The notes beneath the pieces were generated by a model that saw only the letters and a program-made list of their open reading frames with translations, was not told the DNA's origin and made no database searches. Shown here piece after piece: positions 1 to 11,402 of a DNA stretch of 64,000 bases. The translations under genes and the position numbers were made by a program. Source of the DNA: Methanotrichaceae archaeon (lineage in GTDB: Archaea; Halobacteriota; Methanosarcinia; Methanotrichales; Methanotrichaceae); assembly GCA_963803145.1 (NCBI GenBank), contig CAWDLW010000008.1, positions 160,001 through 224,000 of the forward strand. The letters run 5' to 3'. How positions within the stretch are numbered: the first letter of the stretch is position 1; every line of letters starts with the position of its first letter.

Positions 1-56
1 AGGCGCTGAAGGCGGCTCTAAAGCGCTGCCGGCAATCTGCTGACAGAGTGCTATAG
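1..56 (+). CDS. 3' end of an upstream gene, possibly a receiver-domain protein (partial)
   Basis: Frame reads ...ALKAALKRCRQSADRVL*, resembling the final REC helix of the kinase at 3443-5578 (EELREALAG). Confidence 0.4.
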   Translation, partial: ALKAALKRCRQSADRVL

Positions 57-400
57 AGTCAGGAAGTATATTATGCCAGGGATAGCGCCGTTCGTAAGGG
101 AGGAAATTGATCGTTTTGATTGAATCCGCTTTATGTGGATTTTAATATAACAGAGATCGCCGAGGGAGCGAATTTATCTCGGCAGGCTGCGATTCCTATA
201 GTAAAAAAATTTCTTAAGCCTTTTCCCCCAGGTGCCGCCTCTGAAAGAAGTTCTAGAGGATATGGAGAAATAATACGGATCTGAATCACGATTAATAGAT
301 GATGGAACCTTAGGGGCAAAAATAATTATAGTAAGCCGTCACAGTATGATTAGATTTAAAGAGACAGCGGTAATATGCCAAGCTCGGCCTGCTGCCTAAA

Positions 401-3400
401 GTGGAACCCCACATGAGCCCAGATGATAAAGATTCAAAAGATGATGATTCTCTAGAAACATCAGAACCTCCACAAAAGGAGAGCGGATCCAGCGATAACG
501 GACAAAAGAAGCCCCTCTACATCGTTGGGATGGGCGGCTCAGCCGGGGGATTAGAGGCATTCGAGGAGTTTTTCAAAAATACGCCTGAGGACACGGGACT
601 TGCATTTGTGCTTGTGCCCCATCTTGATCCGACTCACAAGGGCCTCATGCCCGAACTGCTCCAGCGCTTCACGCCAATGAAGGTAGTGCAGGTAGAGGAC
701 GGGATGAGGGTTGAACCTGATCACGTCTACATAATCCCGCCGAACAAAGATATGGCAATCATGCATGGGATCTTGCAGCTGCTCGAGCCCGCCATGCCTA
801 GGGGGCTTCGAATGCCGATCGACTCCTTCCTCCGGCACCTGGCCCAGGATCAGGGAGAAAAGAGCATTGCCATTATACTTTCAGGAATGGGAACCGACGG
901 AACTTTAGGTATCAAAGCCATCAAAGAGAAGCTCGGGACTGTGATGGTCCAGGATCCAGAGTCCGCCAAGTACAATGGAATGCCCCAGAGCGCTGTCTCC
1001 ACCGGTCTCGTGGATTACATCGCACCTGCGTATGAGCTGCCTGATAGGCTGACAAAGCATGCGAACCAATACTATCAGATGAGAGAGGTGCCTCCTGCCG
1101 AAAAGAAGGTGGCGCTCGGAGCGCTTCAAAAGATCTTTTCGCTCATCCGGGCTCAGACAGGAAACGACTTCAGCCTTTATAAAAAGAGCACAGTTCGCCG
1201 TCGAATCGAGCGGAGGATGAGCGTTCACCAGATCATCGATATAAATACTTACGTCCGATTCCTTCAGGAAAATCCCCAGGAGATCGATCTGCTCTTCAGA
1301 GAGCTCTTGATCGGAGTCACGAGCTTTTTCAGGGATCCTGAGGCATTTGATGCCCTGAAAAAGGGTGCCTTTCCTGAAATGATGAAGTACAAGCAGTCGG
1401 AAGAACCCATTCGAGTCTGGGTGGTCGGATGCTCGACAGGAGAGGAGGCATATTCCATTGCAATCCTCCTCAAAGAGTATCTATCGGAGATAAAAACGAA
1501 GAACAACTTCAAGATCCAGGTATATGCTACGGACCTGGATAAAGGGGCAATTGATGTAGCTCGCCAGGGCGTTTATCCTGCCAACATTGCCCAAGATGTA
1601 ACATCGACGCGTCTGGAGAGATTCTTTATAAAAGAGGATGACCGCTACCGCGTCAAGAAGGAAATCAGAGAGATGATTGTATTTGCGGTCCAAAATGTTC
1701 TCGTCGATCCGCCTTTCACAAAGCTGAATATCCTGAGCTGCCGAAATCTCCTCATCTACCTGAGCTCAGAGCTCCAGAAGAAGATGATGCCTCTTTTCAA
1801 TTATTCCCTCAATCCCGGAGGCATTCTGTTTCTGGGATCATCAGAGTCTGTAGGCAACTTCACAGACCTTTTCGAGCCACTGGATAACAAATGGAAGATA
1901 TTCGAGCGCAGGGAAACACCCCTCTCCCGAAGACCACAGATTACTGATTTCCCGATATTGCCGATACCCTATGAGCCCAGGATAAAGGATGGAAAGGAAG
2001 AGAAAAAATATTCCGAGTCCAAAATTGTAAATGAAGTCCAGAAGATCATAATTCAGACAATCGTACCGCCTGTTGCGATCATAAATGATCGCGGCGATAT
2101 TATATACACCACGCGTCGAACGGGTAAATACCTTGAGCCGTCTGTTGGAAAAGCGAACCTGAACATATACGCAATGGCCCGCGAGGGACTCCGGGCGGAG
2201 CTCGGTATTGCCATCAGAAAAGCGACTACAGATAGGCAAAAGGTGATCCTGAAGGGGCTACGGGTCAGAACGAACGGCACAGATCAGACGATAAACCTGA
2301 AGGTCACGCCCTTGAATGAGCCTGATGTCATGAGTGGGCTCCTCATGATCGAGTTCGAGGATGTAGAGCTGCCATCCCGGGAGCCAAAAACATCCGGGGA
2401 AGAACCAGGATCTGCCACACAGCCGGAGCCGGAGAGCACCAACAAGGCGCTCGAAAAGGAGCTTCAAAGCACCAAGGAGCATCTTCAGACGGTCATCGAG
2501 GAGATGGAAACATCACAGGAGGAGCTGAAGTCGGCAAACGAGGAGCTGCAGTCGACAAATGAGGAGCTTCAATCTACAAACGAGGAGGTTGTGACCTCCA
2601 AAGAGGAACTGCAGTCGCTCAATGAGGAGCTGACAACCTTAAACTCCGAGCTCCAGTCAAAGAATGATGAGCTCACTTTAGCCAACAACGACATGACGAA
2701 CATCCTCAACAGCACTCAAGTCCCCACCATATTTGTAGATAATAACCTGAATATCAAGAGGTTCACACCTCAGGCTAGTAAGATCATCAGCCTGATACCA
2801 AGCGATACAGGCCGTCCGATAACCGACATCTCAAACAATCTGAAATATGAAGGTCTGGAAGACGATGTAAATGATGTGCTTTCGAGTCTGGTGCCCAAGG
2901 TGGTTCAGGTAGAGACAAAGAGCGGGGGCTGGTATCGGATGCATATCGTGCCCTATCGGACGACTGAAAATGTCATCGATGGCGTTGTGATCACATTCCT
3001 GGATATCACAGAATCGAGAAGGGCAACGGAGGGCCTGAAGGAGCGCAGTGAGCTTGCAGAGGGAATTATCCGCACGATCAGAGAACCGCTGATAATTCTG
3101 GATGGCGAGCTAAAGGTTATTTCAACCAATCCGTTCTTCTATAAGGTATTCAAAGTGGCGCCCCAGGAGACCGTTGGGAAACTTTTTTATAATCTTGGAA
3201 ATGGACAGTGGGATATCCCTGAGCTCCGGAAGCTTCTGGAGGATATCCTTCCAAAGAACACGAAGGTTGAGGATCTCCTGGTCGAGCACGACTTTCCAAG
3301 GGTTGGTCACAAAAAGATGCTGCTTAACGCTCGAAGAATAGTGTTTGATGAAAAACAAAAGCAGCTGATCCTCCTTGCCATAGAGGATGTTACGGATAGA

Positions 3401-3436
3401 AAAGAGCTTGTTCCTCAACCTGGGGGGGGGGGGTGA
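401..3436 (+). CDS. CheB methylesterase-CheR methyltransferase-coiled coil-PAS fusion
   Basis: CheB motifs GGSAGG, PHL, GMGTDG; CheR motifs [26 protein letters not shown]; EELQSTNEE heptads; C-terminal PAS domains. Confidence 0.95.
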   Translation: MEPHMSPDDKDSKDDDSLETSEPPQKESGSSDNGQKKPLYIVGMGGSAGGLEAFEEFFKNTPEDTGLAFVLVPHLDPTHKGLMPELLQRFTPMKVVQVEDGMRVEPDHVYIIPPNKDMAIMHGILQLLEPAMPRGLRMPIDSFLRHLAQDQGEKSIAIILSGMGTDGTLGIKAIKEKLGTVMVQDPESAKYNGMPQSAVSTGLVDYIAPAYELPDRLTKHANQYYQMREVPPAEKKVALGALQKIFSLIRAQTGNDFSLYKKSTVRRRIERRMSVHQIIDINTYVRFLQENPQEIDLLFRELLIGVTSFFRDPEAFDALKKGAFPEMMKYKQSEEPIRVWVVGCSTGEEAYSIAILLKEYLSEIKTKNNFKIQVYATDLDKGAIDVARQGVYPANIAQDVTSTRLERFFIKEDDRYRVKKEIREMIVFAVQNVLVDPPFTKLNILSCRNLLIYLSSELQKKMMPLFNYSLNPGGILFLGSSESVGNFTDLFEPLDNKWKIFERRETPLSRRPQITDFPILPIPYEPRIKDGKEEKKYSESKIVNEVQKIIIQTIVPPVAIINDRGDIIYTTRRTGKYLEPSVGKANLNIYAMAREGLRAELGIAIRKATTDRQKVILKGLRVRTNGTDQTINLKVTPLNEPDVMSGLLMIEFEDVELPSREPKTSGEEPGSATQPEPESTNKALEKELQSTKEHLQTVIEEMETSQEELKSANEELQSTNEELQSTNEEVVTSKEELQSLNEELTTLNSELQSKNDELTLANNDMTNILNSTQVPTIFVDNNLNIKRFTPQASKIISLIPSDTGRPITDISNNLKYEGLEDDVNDVLSSLVPKVVQVETKSGGWYRMHIVPYRTTENVIDGVVITFLDITESRRATEGLKERSELAEGIIRTIREPLIILDGELKVISTNPFFYKVFKVAPQETVGKLFYNLGNGQWDIPELRKLLEDILPKNTKVEDLLVEHDFPRVGHKKMLLNARRIVFDEKQKQLILLAIEDVTDRKELVPQPGGGG
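3422..3433 (+). repeat. G12 homopolymer at the end of cheBR, overlapping the SD of the kinase gene
   Basis: cct-GGGGGGGGGGGG-tga-agaagc-atg. Confidence 0.85.
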
Positions 3437-3442
3437 AGAAGC

Positions 3443-5578
3443 ATGAAGCCAGATCCGAAGGATGATTTACGCCGAAAAGCAGAGGATCTTTTGAATGAGA
3501 GAACCGATCAGGTCGGTTCCAAAGAAATGAATGAAGAAGATTCTCTGGCGCTGATCCATGAATTGCAGGTCCATCAGATTGAGCTGGAGATGCAGAATGA
3601 GGAGCTTCGGAAGGTGCAGGCAGAACTTGCAGTATCCGAGAGTAAGTATCGGGATCTCTACGAGTTCGCACCTATCGGCTATTTAACCCTGGACGGTTCC
3701 GGTAAGATTCTGGAGGCAAATCTCGCAAGTGCCTCTCTCTTGGGAACTGAACGGATATATATGGTGAATAACAGATTTCAGGCATACTTAGACAGGAATT
3801 ATATCCAGAAGTTCGATGCCTTCTGCAGTCGTGTTTTGGCCTCGGGCGAAAAGCAGGCCGCTGAGTTCGAGCTGAAATACACCGTAAGGGACCAGGAAGT
3901 CCATCGTTGGGTGTTAATTGAGGCTCAGGCGATACAGGGGGACATCTGCCAGATCTTCCAGATGGCAGTTATCGATATCACAGAGCGCAAGCTGATGGAG
4001 AAGGAGCTTATGGCAGCCAAGGATGCCGCTGAAGAGGCTGTCAGAGCAAAGGCAGCATTCCTGGCCAACATGTCTCACGAGATCAGGACGCCCATGAACT
4101 CTGTGATCGGCTTCACCAGTATACTGCTTGAGGAGCCTCTGACGCCCGAGCACAGAGACTGGATTGATAGCATAAGGATCAACGGCGAGGCACTCCTGGC
4201 CCTAATTAACGATATTCTTGACTTCTCGAAGCTGGAGAAGGAGAAGACTGAGCTTGAGCTTCATCCCTTCGACCTGCGCCAGCGCATTGAGGAGTCCCTG
4301 GATCTGGTATCTACAAAGGCGGCCGAGAAGGGGCTCGATCTGGCATATACGATCGACAGCAATATTCCCGAGACGATCATCACAGATTCAGGGAGGCTCC
4401 GTCAGGTGCTTGCCAACCTGCTCAGCAATGCAGTCAAATTCACAGATGCCGGGGAGGTCATTATTTCTGTCTCTTCGAAGCCCGGAGAGGAAGACCATGA
4501 AATTCATTTTGCTGTTAAGGACACCGGCATAGGCATGCCCCAGAGCCAGATGAGCAAGCTCTTCCAGCCCTTCAGCCAGATCAATACCTCGATCTCAAGG
4601 CCTAATGAGGGCACGGGGCTTGGTCTTGCTATCAGTAAAAAACTTGTTGAGCTTATGGGCGGCAGAATTTGGGTTGAGAGCGAGACGGGCAAAGGCTCGA
4701 CATTCCATTTCACGATCAAGGCAAAAGCCGTGCCTGAAGATAAGGCCGGAAAGCTTCCTGCTGGGAATCAGCCCGAGCTAGCTAATAAAAGCGTGTTAAT
4801 CGTGGATGATAACAAAAACATCAGAAGAATCCTGGCCCAACAGATTCACTCATGGGGCATGATACCCATCATCGCTTCATCAGGCTACGAGGCCCTCGAC
4901 CGGGCTCAAAAGGGTATCATTCTGGACGCTGCAATCCTGGATGTTAGTATGCCTGATATGGATGGCATAACCCTGGCAGAGGCGATCAGGAAATATAGAA
5001 AAGATCTGCCACTGGTTATGCTTACATCTGTAGGACAGCATATTCCTCCGGATCTCTCTGCCGTCAGTCTGGCGAAGCCGATCAAGCCAATGCATCTGTA
5101 CGATACCCTCACCGGTTTATTTGAGGGACGGCCCCTGCAGATGCAAGAACATATCCAAGCAGTGAATTCAGCCAGCATTACCCCTCTTCGAATACTTCTG
5201 GCAGAGGATAACGTATCGAGCCAGAAGATAACTCAAGGGATGCTAAAGAAGCTTGGCTGCAGGGCGGATGTCGTTTCCAATGGCATAGAGGTTATTCAAG
5301 CACTGGAACGCCAGCCATATGACGTCGTGTTAATGGATTTAAGGATGCCTGAGATGGACGGCTTCACTGCCACAAAGGAGATTCGCGAGCATTGGCCAAA
5401 TAATGGGCCAAGAATCATCGCTATTACAGCCTACGCTCTGGATGGCTTTCGGGAGAAGTGCACCGAAGCCGGCATGGATGACTATATCGCAAAGCCTGTG
5501 AAGATGGAGGAGCTGAGGGAGGCGCTGGCAGGCATCAGCCCACGCTTGGGTGAGGGCGGAAAGGGAGATGGAACTTAA
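3443..5578 (+). CDS. PAS hybrid sensor histidine kinase with two receiver domains
   Basis: H-box FLANMSHEIRTPMN, N-box NLLSNAVKFT, G-boxes DTGIG and GTGLGL, two REC domains (LIVDDN; LLAEDN...MDLRMPEMDG). Confidence 0.95.
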   Translation: MKPDPKDDLRRKAEDLLNERTDQVGSKEMNEEDSLALIHELQVHQIELEMQNEELRKVQAELAVSESKYRDLYEFAPIGYLTLDGSGKILEANLASASLLGTERIYMVNNRFQAYLDRNYIQKFDAFCSRVLASGEKQAAEFELKYTVRDQEVHRWVLIEAQAIQGDICQIFQMAVIDITERKLMEKELMAAKDAAEEAVRAKAAFLANMSHEIRTPMNSVIGFTSILLEEPLTPEHRDWIDSIRINGEALLALINDILDFSKLEKEKTELELHPFDLRQRIEESLDLVSTKAAEKGLDLAYTIDSNIPETIITDSGRLRQVLANLLSNAVKFTDAGEVIISVSSKPGEEDHEIHFAVKDTGIGMPQSQMSKLFQPFSQINTSISRPNEGTGLGLAISKKLVELMGGRIWVESETGKGSTFHFTIKAKAVPEDKAGKLPAGNQPELANKSVLIVDDNKNIRRILAQQIHSWGMIPIIASSGYEALDRAQKGIILDAAILDVSMPDMDGITLAEAIRKYRKDLPLVMLTSVGQHIPPDLSAVSLAKPIKPMHLYDTLTGLFEGRPLQMQEHIQAVNSASITPLRILLAEDNVSSQKITQGMLKKLGCRADVVSNGIEVIQALERQPYDVVLMDLRMPEMDGFTATKEIREHWPNNGPRIIAITAYALDGFREKCTEAGMDDYIAKPVKMEELREALAGISPRLGEGGKGDGT

Positions 5579-5618
5579 AATATCTTAAAGCTAAGAAGTT
5601 ACCGGAAAAGAGATCAAA

Positions 5619-5918
5619 TTAAATCTCCATTCGCTTGAACTCTTCAAGTTCTTCGGGCGTCATCATCTCCCACCACTTGAGTGGCTCGACGAGCAGCACG
5701 CCTCTTCCTCCACGCATCTCTCTTTTGACCCTTATCATCTTATCTTTTTCCAGCCGTATTACCGCACTGTGGGTTCTGCCGTGTGTCCAGCCTGCAAGCT
5801 TCGCCAGCTCATATACGCTTACGCCTGGGTGATCGCTGATAATTTCATAAAGTTCATAATCAGTATCTTCACCCAGCTCACGGCGTGCCTGGGATGCTCT
5901 AGCTGTTTTGCTTTGCAT
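5619..5918 (-). CDS. winged helix-turn-helix DNA-binding protein
   Basis: ELYEIISDHPGVSVYELAKLAGWTHGRTHSAVIRLEK is a wHTH pattern. Confidence 0.75.
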   Translation of the reverse strand: MQSKTARASQARRELGEDTDYELYEIISDHPGVSVYELAKLAGWTHGRTHSAVIRLEKDKMIRVKREMRGGRGVLLVEPLKWWEMMTPEELEEFKRMEI

Positions 5919-5953
5919 GCTCTCTTATCTGTATGCCATACTTAAAAACGTTT

Positions 5954-6026
5954 CGGGATATCCTATATATAGATAAAATATCCTAACTCACCAATCAAAG
6001 CTTTTATATTGATATAGGATATCCTA
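5954..6026. promoter_or_regulatory. three GGATATCCTA-type operator-like sites between divergent wHTH genes
   Basis: cgggatatccta 5954-5965, aaaatatccta 5975-5985, perfect palindrome taggatatccta 6015-6026. Confidence 0.5.
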
Positions 6027-6032
6027 ATTACT

Positions 6033-6284
6033 GTGCTGAGAGACTTCGAGCGCCAAGTTCTAGCGGAGATCTGCAAGGCGAACAATATGAGCAAGTCATC
6101 GCATGTACCAGAGCATGCATTCGTAAATAGGTTCCCAAATGCAAAGCATGCTAAGAAGGCACTGAACAAGCTCGTGACGCGAGGGTATGTTGCGAGGCAT
6201 CCAACCGGCAGCGAGATGACATATCAAATGACTCAACTGGGGTGGGAGGAATGCAAGAGGATGAAGGCCGAGATTCCAAAATAG
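6033..6284 (+). CDS. small winged-helix-like protein
   Basis: 83 aa; AKKALNKLVTRGYV...TYQMTQLG looks like a recognition helix plus wing. Confidence 0.65.
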   Translation: MLRDFERQVLAEICKANNMSKSSHVPEHAFVNRFPNAKHAKKALNKLVTRGYVARHPTGSEMTYQMTQLGWEECKRMKAEIPK

Positions 6285-6309
6285 GGACTTCCGAACGTTA
6301 TCAATTATA

Positions 6310-7590
6310 TCATTGCATCCCAGACCCTATATGCTCCACCATCTGGGTTATCCTGAAAGATCCATCAAGGATTTGCAATTTGAGCGCTTCTGCTAGCTTA
6401 ATCGCCCTAGCTCTATCGGACTCACGGAGAAGAATCGGAATTTTCTTGCCTTCAAAGTTGATAGCGCCCAGATTGCCTTTAAAGGCTCCGCCGATACATT
6501 GCGAAACGCAGAGGCCGCAGTTGAAGCATCTCTCTTTATTTCGCATGACCCGGCCTTTCTCAAAGGTTATCGCTCTCATAGGACAGACAGGTTCCACAGT
6601 ACAGCTCTTACAGTTGATACATTTGGATGGATCGAACCCTATCTCCAAATCTGCTCCACCCCATACATCCTCATAGTTTGTCTTGCAGACCGTCTGCCGT
6701 ATATTTACATCCATGATTGGTAGAGATATATCTCTGTCAAGCTTCTTTATGTTCTCCAGGATGGATTCGTTCAATACAGGGATAGGCACAGCCCAGGAGC
6801 CGATGCACTCCGGCCCCGCCGACGTCACAAAGCCTCCCATGTACTCCGGGTCCATATGATGCATATCTGCAAGCCCCAGGAGATTGGGCCTCGATGTCAT
6901 GCTGCGTGTGCCGGTGCCTACTACAAACCCCTGAGCACCGTTTAGGAGAACACGTGTGCCTACCCCTATTGTTTCCAGATATGGATCGTTTTTGACAGGA
7001 TTAAGTTGACCGCATCCCGAAACGGTGGCACAAGTCAAGCCTGGAGGGAAATCCATAGCGTTGAAGATTGTTGAAACTCGGGAGCTTCCAGGGTTGACGA
7101 AAGCTACATAGTTCTTGAAAGCATTGCGTGTAGAGAAGATGCGAGCATAGGGGATATCTTTTAACTTTATAACCTTTTCAAAAGAATTGCCTTCACCGGT
7201 CTCAGCCTTGGCTTGAACTTCCTTGCCTTCAACAAGATCTCTGAATAGGTGACCGCCACCATAATCTGGCTTCTCTTTACTGTGTGATGTACCAAAGACC
7301 ATCAGATCGATGATGCCAAGACGCTCGTTAGGGCATGGCCCAACGCTTGCAGGAACGCCATTGACGAGTGCATGCTCTGCACGGACAAATGAACAAGGTT
7401 CGGCCATGGGGAACGATAGCACAGCATAGGTACCGCTCATGATGGCTCGTGTTGCAGTGGTGACTACATCTACATCTTTAAGGTCAAGACTTTCGCCGCT
7501 CTTTACAATATCGCAGACTTCTTGAGCAGTCAATACAACTGCATCTCTACGCTCTATTTTCTCATTTATCTCTGCAATCGTTCGTCTCAC
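6310..7590 (-). CDS. methanogenesis marker 16 metalloprotein (DUF39-type plus 4Fe-4S dicluster)
   Basis: RTIAEINEKI...VDVVTTAT, GPCPNE, YGGGHLFRDLV and two C-terminal ferredoxin Cys motifs; GTG at 7590 preferred over the ORF-track start 7716. Confidence 0.88.
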   Translation of the reverse strand: MRRTIAEINEKIERRDAVVLTAQEVCDIVKSGESLDLKDVDVVTTATRAIMSGTYAVLSFPMAEPCSFVRAEHALVNGVPASVGPCPNERLGIIDLMVFGTSHSKEKPDYGGGHLFRDLVEGKEVQAKAETGEGNSFEKVIKLKDIPYARIFSTRNAFKNYVAFVNPGSSRVSTIFNAMDFPPGLTCATVSGCGQLNPVKNDPYLETIGVGTRVLLNGAQGFVVGTGTRSMTSRPNLLGLADMHHMDPEYMGGFVTSAGPECIGSWAVPIPVLNESILENIKKLDRDISLPIMDVNIRQTVCKTNYEDVWGGADLEIGFDPSKCINCKSCTVEPVCPMRAITFEKGRVMRNKERCFNCGLCVSQCIGGAFKGNLGAINFEGKKIPILLRESDRARAIKLAEALKLQILDGSFRITQMVEHIGSGMQ

Positions 7591-7862
7591 GATTATTGTC
7601 CTCTTGGAACCTACGCTAAGAATTAAACCAATATATATTGGAAGATTCCGATTGATTTTCCATCTTCGTAGTGAGCACCCAAGCTCCAATCCAAGATATC
7701 TGAGCATAGATTGCAATTTGAACCTATACTTTTTTTGGGGCTGCTACTAACGATCATTATAGCGCGCTTAGTCTCCGTGCAGTCATGAAAAATGTAATCA
7801 GGCTTATAATGCCCTCACACCACAGCTTCCCCGAAAAATCAAATTTAAAAGAAAGCGGCGCA

Positions 7863-8270
7863 TCATCGAGCGTCGCAATACCTGACCTCTTCCACATCCA
7901 GTCTGAGCGGAGCTCCGATCTCTCCAACCTCCGGCACTGCAGCCCGTTTGACGCGCCCGATTCCAACTAAGTGTAGCTGCACCCTGGCCGCCTGTGCCTC
8001 CCTCTCCTCGTAGTAGTCTTCGCTCGACTGTATAACGCGGTGAGTTACCACCTGAAGCGCCTGCACATCCGTAATCAAGCCGCTTGTGCCGCTTATAACA
8101 TCTGTTGGGCTTGATTCTGTCAGGAAGATCTTATCTCCCGGCTGGATGTTAAGGAGTGCAAAGAAGTTGTTCGGGCTTCTGATCTCCACAGTTCTGACCC
8201 TGGCTGCAAGAATCTCCTTCATCACATGCCTAGCTATCCCAGTTAATGCGGTGTAGATCATCACAATCAC
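7863..8270 (-). CDS. DUF473 family protein
   Basis: ALTGIA...RTVEIRSPNNF motif; overlaps the PAC2 gene. Confidence 0.8.
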   Translation of the reverse strand: MIVMIYTALTGIARHVMKEILAARVRTVEIRSPNNFFALLNIQPGDKIFLTESSPTDVISGTSGLITDVQALQVVTHRVIQSSEDYYEEREAQAARVQLHLVGIGRVKRAAVPEVGEIGAPLRLDVEEVRYCDAR

Positions 8271-9022
8271 CCGTACATCGGGAACTCCTTCGGAAGCTGC
8301 TGCTGCTCCTCCCCAGGTGTCGCAGCCTTGAGCTGCTGTGAAAGCTGCCGCATCTGAGTCTCAATCTGCTCAGTCTGCTCCTCGAGCTTCTTGGTGCTGA
8401 CTCCGAGATCGTATACTTTATTCAAGGTTTCAATGGCCGCAATCGCCGCCCTCGGATCGGGATCGGCGCTGGCCGTCTCTCCAAGGAAGCATATGGCAGG
8501 CAAATTTTTTATTTTACATTCGTTCATTATGCTTCCTGTTATGCCAGTTATTGTGCCGAGCTCGAATACCTCAGCCATTCCCTTGATCTTATCGAGAAGC
8601 TCTTTCTTGCTCACAGCTGCAAAGACCCTGTGCTGCTCGCTCATCACAGTTATCCCTGCGAGACACACCATCTCTTTCGCGTTTATTGACTCGGCCCAGG
8701 ACACGATCTCCTTCCCTATATCGTATGAGGCCAGTGGATGGACAGGAATGTCTGCGGTCAGAACTACCAAGTTCTTCTCAACATCCTCGTATATTCTTAC
8801 AGGCATATTCACGATCCCGCCAAGCAAGACCGCAAGCGGCGGGAAGAACCTTGAGTTCATCGCCCCGAGGTATGTCATCTTACGTTCATTTACTATATAC
8901 TGACTTGCGATGTTTCCTACCAGGCCGATTCCGGGGAAACCTTCGATCACAACAGGGTTTTTTATCGATGGTTCCTTTTCAAGAATGACCTGGACAATAT
9001 CCTTATCCATATCCTTGTCCAT
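8267..9022 (-). CDS. proteasome assembly chaperone (PAC2 family)
   Basis: IEGFPGIGLVGNIA and PDPRAA motifs; C-terminal MYG HbYX tail. Confidence 0.9.
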   Translation of the reverse strand: MDKDMDKDIVQVILEKEPSIKNPVVIEGFPGIGLVGNIASQYIVNERKMTYLGAMNSRFFPPLAVLLGGIVNMPVRIYEDVEKNLVVLTADIPVHPLASYDIGKEIVSWAESINAKEMVCLAGITVMSEQHRVFAAVSKKELLDKIKGMAEVFELGTITGITGSIMNECKIKNLPAICFLGETASADPDPRAAIAAIETLNKVYDLGVSTKKLEEQTEQIETQMRQLSQQLKAATPGEEQQQLPKEFPMYG

Positions 9023-9167
9023 GAAAAAATATAGGCTTTTATGTGAGATAAGAGCATCGCTCTAGACCAAGATATCCATCAGTGCGTGCTAATTTCAATG
9101 CAAAAAGTTTATGAGCACTACGCGTTAGAAATGATCATCGATACGATCATAAATTCTGGGATCGAAA

Positions 9168-11252
9168 ATGGCAGAATCATTGAATGAAATCATAAATCAT
9201 GCCCGAAGCGAGGGCAGAAGCTATCTTATGGAGCATGAGAGCAAAGCAATTCTGGAAAACATTGGGGTTTCAACATCAGGCTCCAAAGTAGCGAGATCTG
9301 AGGAGGAGGCTGTCAAGATATTCAATTCCATCGGCGCACCTGTGGCGCTGAAGGTGCTCTCTCCTGAGGTCGTTCATAAATCCGATGCAGGCGGAGTCAG
9401 GCTCAATTTGAAGAGCGAAAATGATGTGCGAGATGCTTATCGCAAAATCGAGTTAGCCTTCAGCGATAAAAAAGCTGTAGCCATATCAGTCCAAAGAATG
9501 GCAGAGCCAGGGCTAGAGGCAATCATCGGCGTTGCTCAGGACTCGACATTCGGCTCAATGTTGATGTTTGGCCTCGGCGGCATCTTCGTCGAGGTTCTCA
9601 AAGATGTATCATTCAGATCGATTCCTATTTCGGAATTGGATGCTTCAGATATGATAGAGGAGATCAAAGGTTATGCCATACTCAAAGGATATAGGGGGCA
9701 TTCCGCAGATATCCCCGCTCTGAAGCAATTGCTGCTGCAGATATCAGACCTTGTAGCAAAGCACCCTGAGATATCGGAGATGGATCTGAATCCAGTTTTC
9801 CTTTATCCCGACGGCTACGTCGTAGTCGATGCCAGGATAATCTTGGGAGTTGAGCATAAGCCGGTTTCTCAGCCTTCGGCATCTGCAAAGCAGGATCTTC
9901 ACGACCTCTTCTATCCGAGAAGCGTCGCTGTCATAGGTGCCTCAGGCACTCCAGGAAAGCTGGGCTGGAACGTGTTCACCAATCTCGTCAGCCACGGTTT
10001 CAAAGGCAACCTCTATCCCATAAACCCGAGAGCAAAAGAGGTCCATGGGATCAAGGCATATCCGAGGATTAGCGATGTCCCTGGGCCTGTGGATGTGGCG
10101 ATAATACTTGTTTCAGCAGGCATGACGCCTGATGTTGTCGAGGAGTGCTGCGAATGTGGCATTCGCTATATCGTAGTCGAGTCTGCAGGCTTCGCTGAGC
10201 TCGGGCAGTCAGGCAAGGAGATTGAGCTGCAGATGAAGGATATTGCCGACAAATACGGGGCACGCCTGCTCGGTCCGAACTGCTCAGGCATCATAAACAC
10301 CCACTGCAGCATGGTCCAATCGATAGGCATAGTTGATGCCCTGAGCAAAGGCAACATCGGCCTAGTCTCGCAGGCAGGCGTCTGCGCTGCAGGAATGCTC
10401 TGGGGGCTCCGGCATATCATGGACTTCGGCATAATCGCGACTATCGGCAACAAGCTGGATATCAATGAGACAGATATGCTTGATGCAGTCAGCAAAGACG
10501 AGAACGTGAACGTCATCTGCATGTATCTTGAGTCCGTCAAGGGCGGAAGAAGGTTCATCGATGTTGCCAAGGATGTTACCCTGGAAAAGCCTGTTATAAT
10601 CCTGAAGTCAGGCCGAACCGATGCCGGCAAGAAGGCAGTAGCGTCTCATACAGCATCGCTAGCAGGAAACGACCTGATCTTCAGTGCTGCATTCCGTCAG
10701 GCTAGAGTTATACGCGCCAGGGATTATGAGCATATGTTCAACCTTGCCAGAGTGATATCCAAGCAGCCCTTCCCAGATCGTGAGGGCGTTTTCATAATAA
10801 CCTATGCAGGCTCCCTGGGAGTAATCTCAGCAGACGCAATAACTGATAACGGAATGAGGCTTGCTGAGCTGAATCCTGAACTGAAGGCAAGGCTGATGAA
10901 GCTTCTCCCCGAGTATGTCGGAGGCCTCAATCCAGTGGATTACACCTTCAGCCAGAATGCGGATATCGTCAAAAAGACGATAGAGATCGGAGTGGAGAGC
11001 GATGATGTGGGAAGCTTCATCGTCGTGTTGCAGGCTGAGATACTCGGCAGCTATGTCGATGCTTTGAAGAGCATCGATTACGAGGGCAAGCCTATAATAG
11101 CCTGCGTTGCTGGCAAGGAGTTCGCCCTGGATGACGTCATAAAGCTGGAGAAGGCCGGGATACCTGTCCTATCTACGCCTGAGCAAGTTGCAGATGCGCT
11201 TGCAGTGATGTACAGGCATAGAAAGAGGATCGAGAGGGAGCAGTCTATCTAA
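9168..11252 (+). CDS. acetate/acyl-CoA ligase (ADP-forming), beta-alpha fusion
   Basis: N-terminal ATP-grasp (HKSDAGGV, FGLGGIFVEVLKD, DLNPV), CoA-binding domain (AVIGAS, GPNC), phospho-His motif SHTASLAG. Confidence 0.92.
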   Translation: MAESLNEIINHARSEGRSYLMEHESKAILENIGVSTSGSKVARSEEEAVKIFNSIGAPVALKVLSPEVVHKSDAGGVRLNLKSENDVRDAYRKIELAFSDKKAVAISVQRMAEPGLEAIIGVAQDSTFGSMLMFGLGGIFVEVLKDVSFRSIPISELDASDMIEEIKGYAILKGYRGHSADIPALKQLLLQISDLVAKHPEISEMDLNPVFLYPDGYVVVDARIILGVEHKPVSQPSASAKQDLHDLFYPRSVAVIGASGTPGKLGWNVFTNLVSHGFKGNLYPINPRAKEVHGIKAYPRISDVPGPVDVAIILVSAGMTPDVVEECCECGIRYIVVESAGFAELGQSGKEIELQMKDIADKYGARLLGPNCSGIINTHCSMVQSIGIVDALSKGNIGLVSQAGVCAAGMLWGLRHIMDFGIIATIGNKLDINETDMLDAVSKDENVNVICMYLESVKGGRRFIDVAKDVTLEKPVIILKSGRTDAGKKAVASHTASLAGNDLIFSAAFRQARVIRARDYEHMFNLARVISKQPFPDREGVFIITYAGSLGVISADAITDNGMRLAELNPELKARLMKLLPEYVGGLNPVDYTFSQNADIVKKTIEIGVESDDVGSFIVVLQAEILGSYVDALKSIDYEGKPIIACVAGKEFALDDVIKLEKAGIPVLSTPEQVADALAVMYRHRKRIEREQSI

Positions 11253-11402
11253 ATTCCCGATTATTATTTATTGCTCCCGGGTCTCCGAGAGATAAGCTGG
11301 CACTGAAGCAGCTTACTGTAATGATCCAATTCTTTTTAGCTTTGGATTAGTGTAAATAAGACTAAGAAAAAAAGTGATATCTTGTAAACCGATTAAATCT
11401 TC

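Noticed and set aside
131-319. 62-aa minus-strand ORF
   Set aside because: Lies in the cheBR promoter region with no motif or SD support
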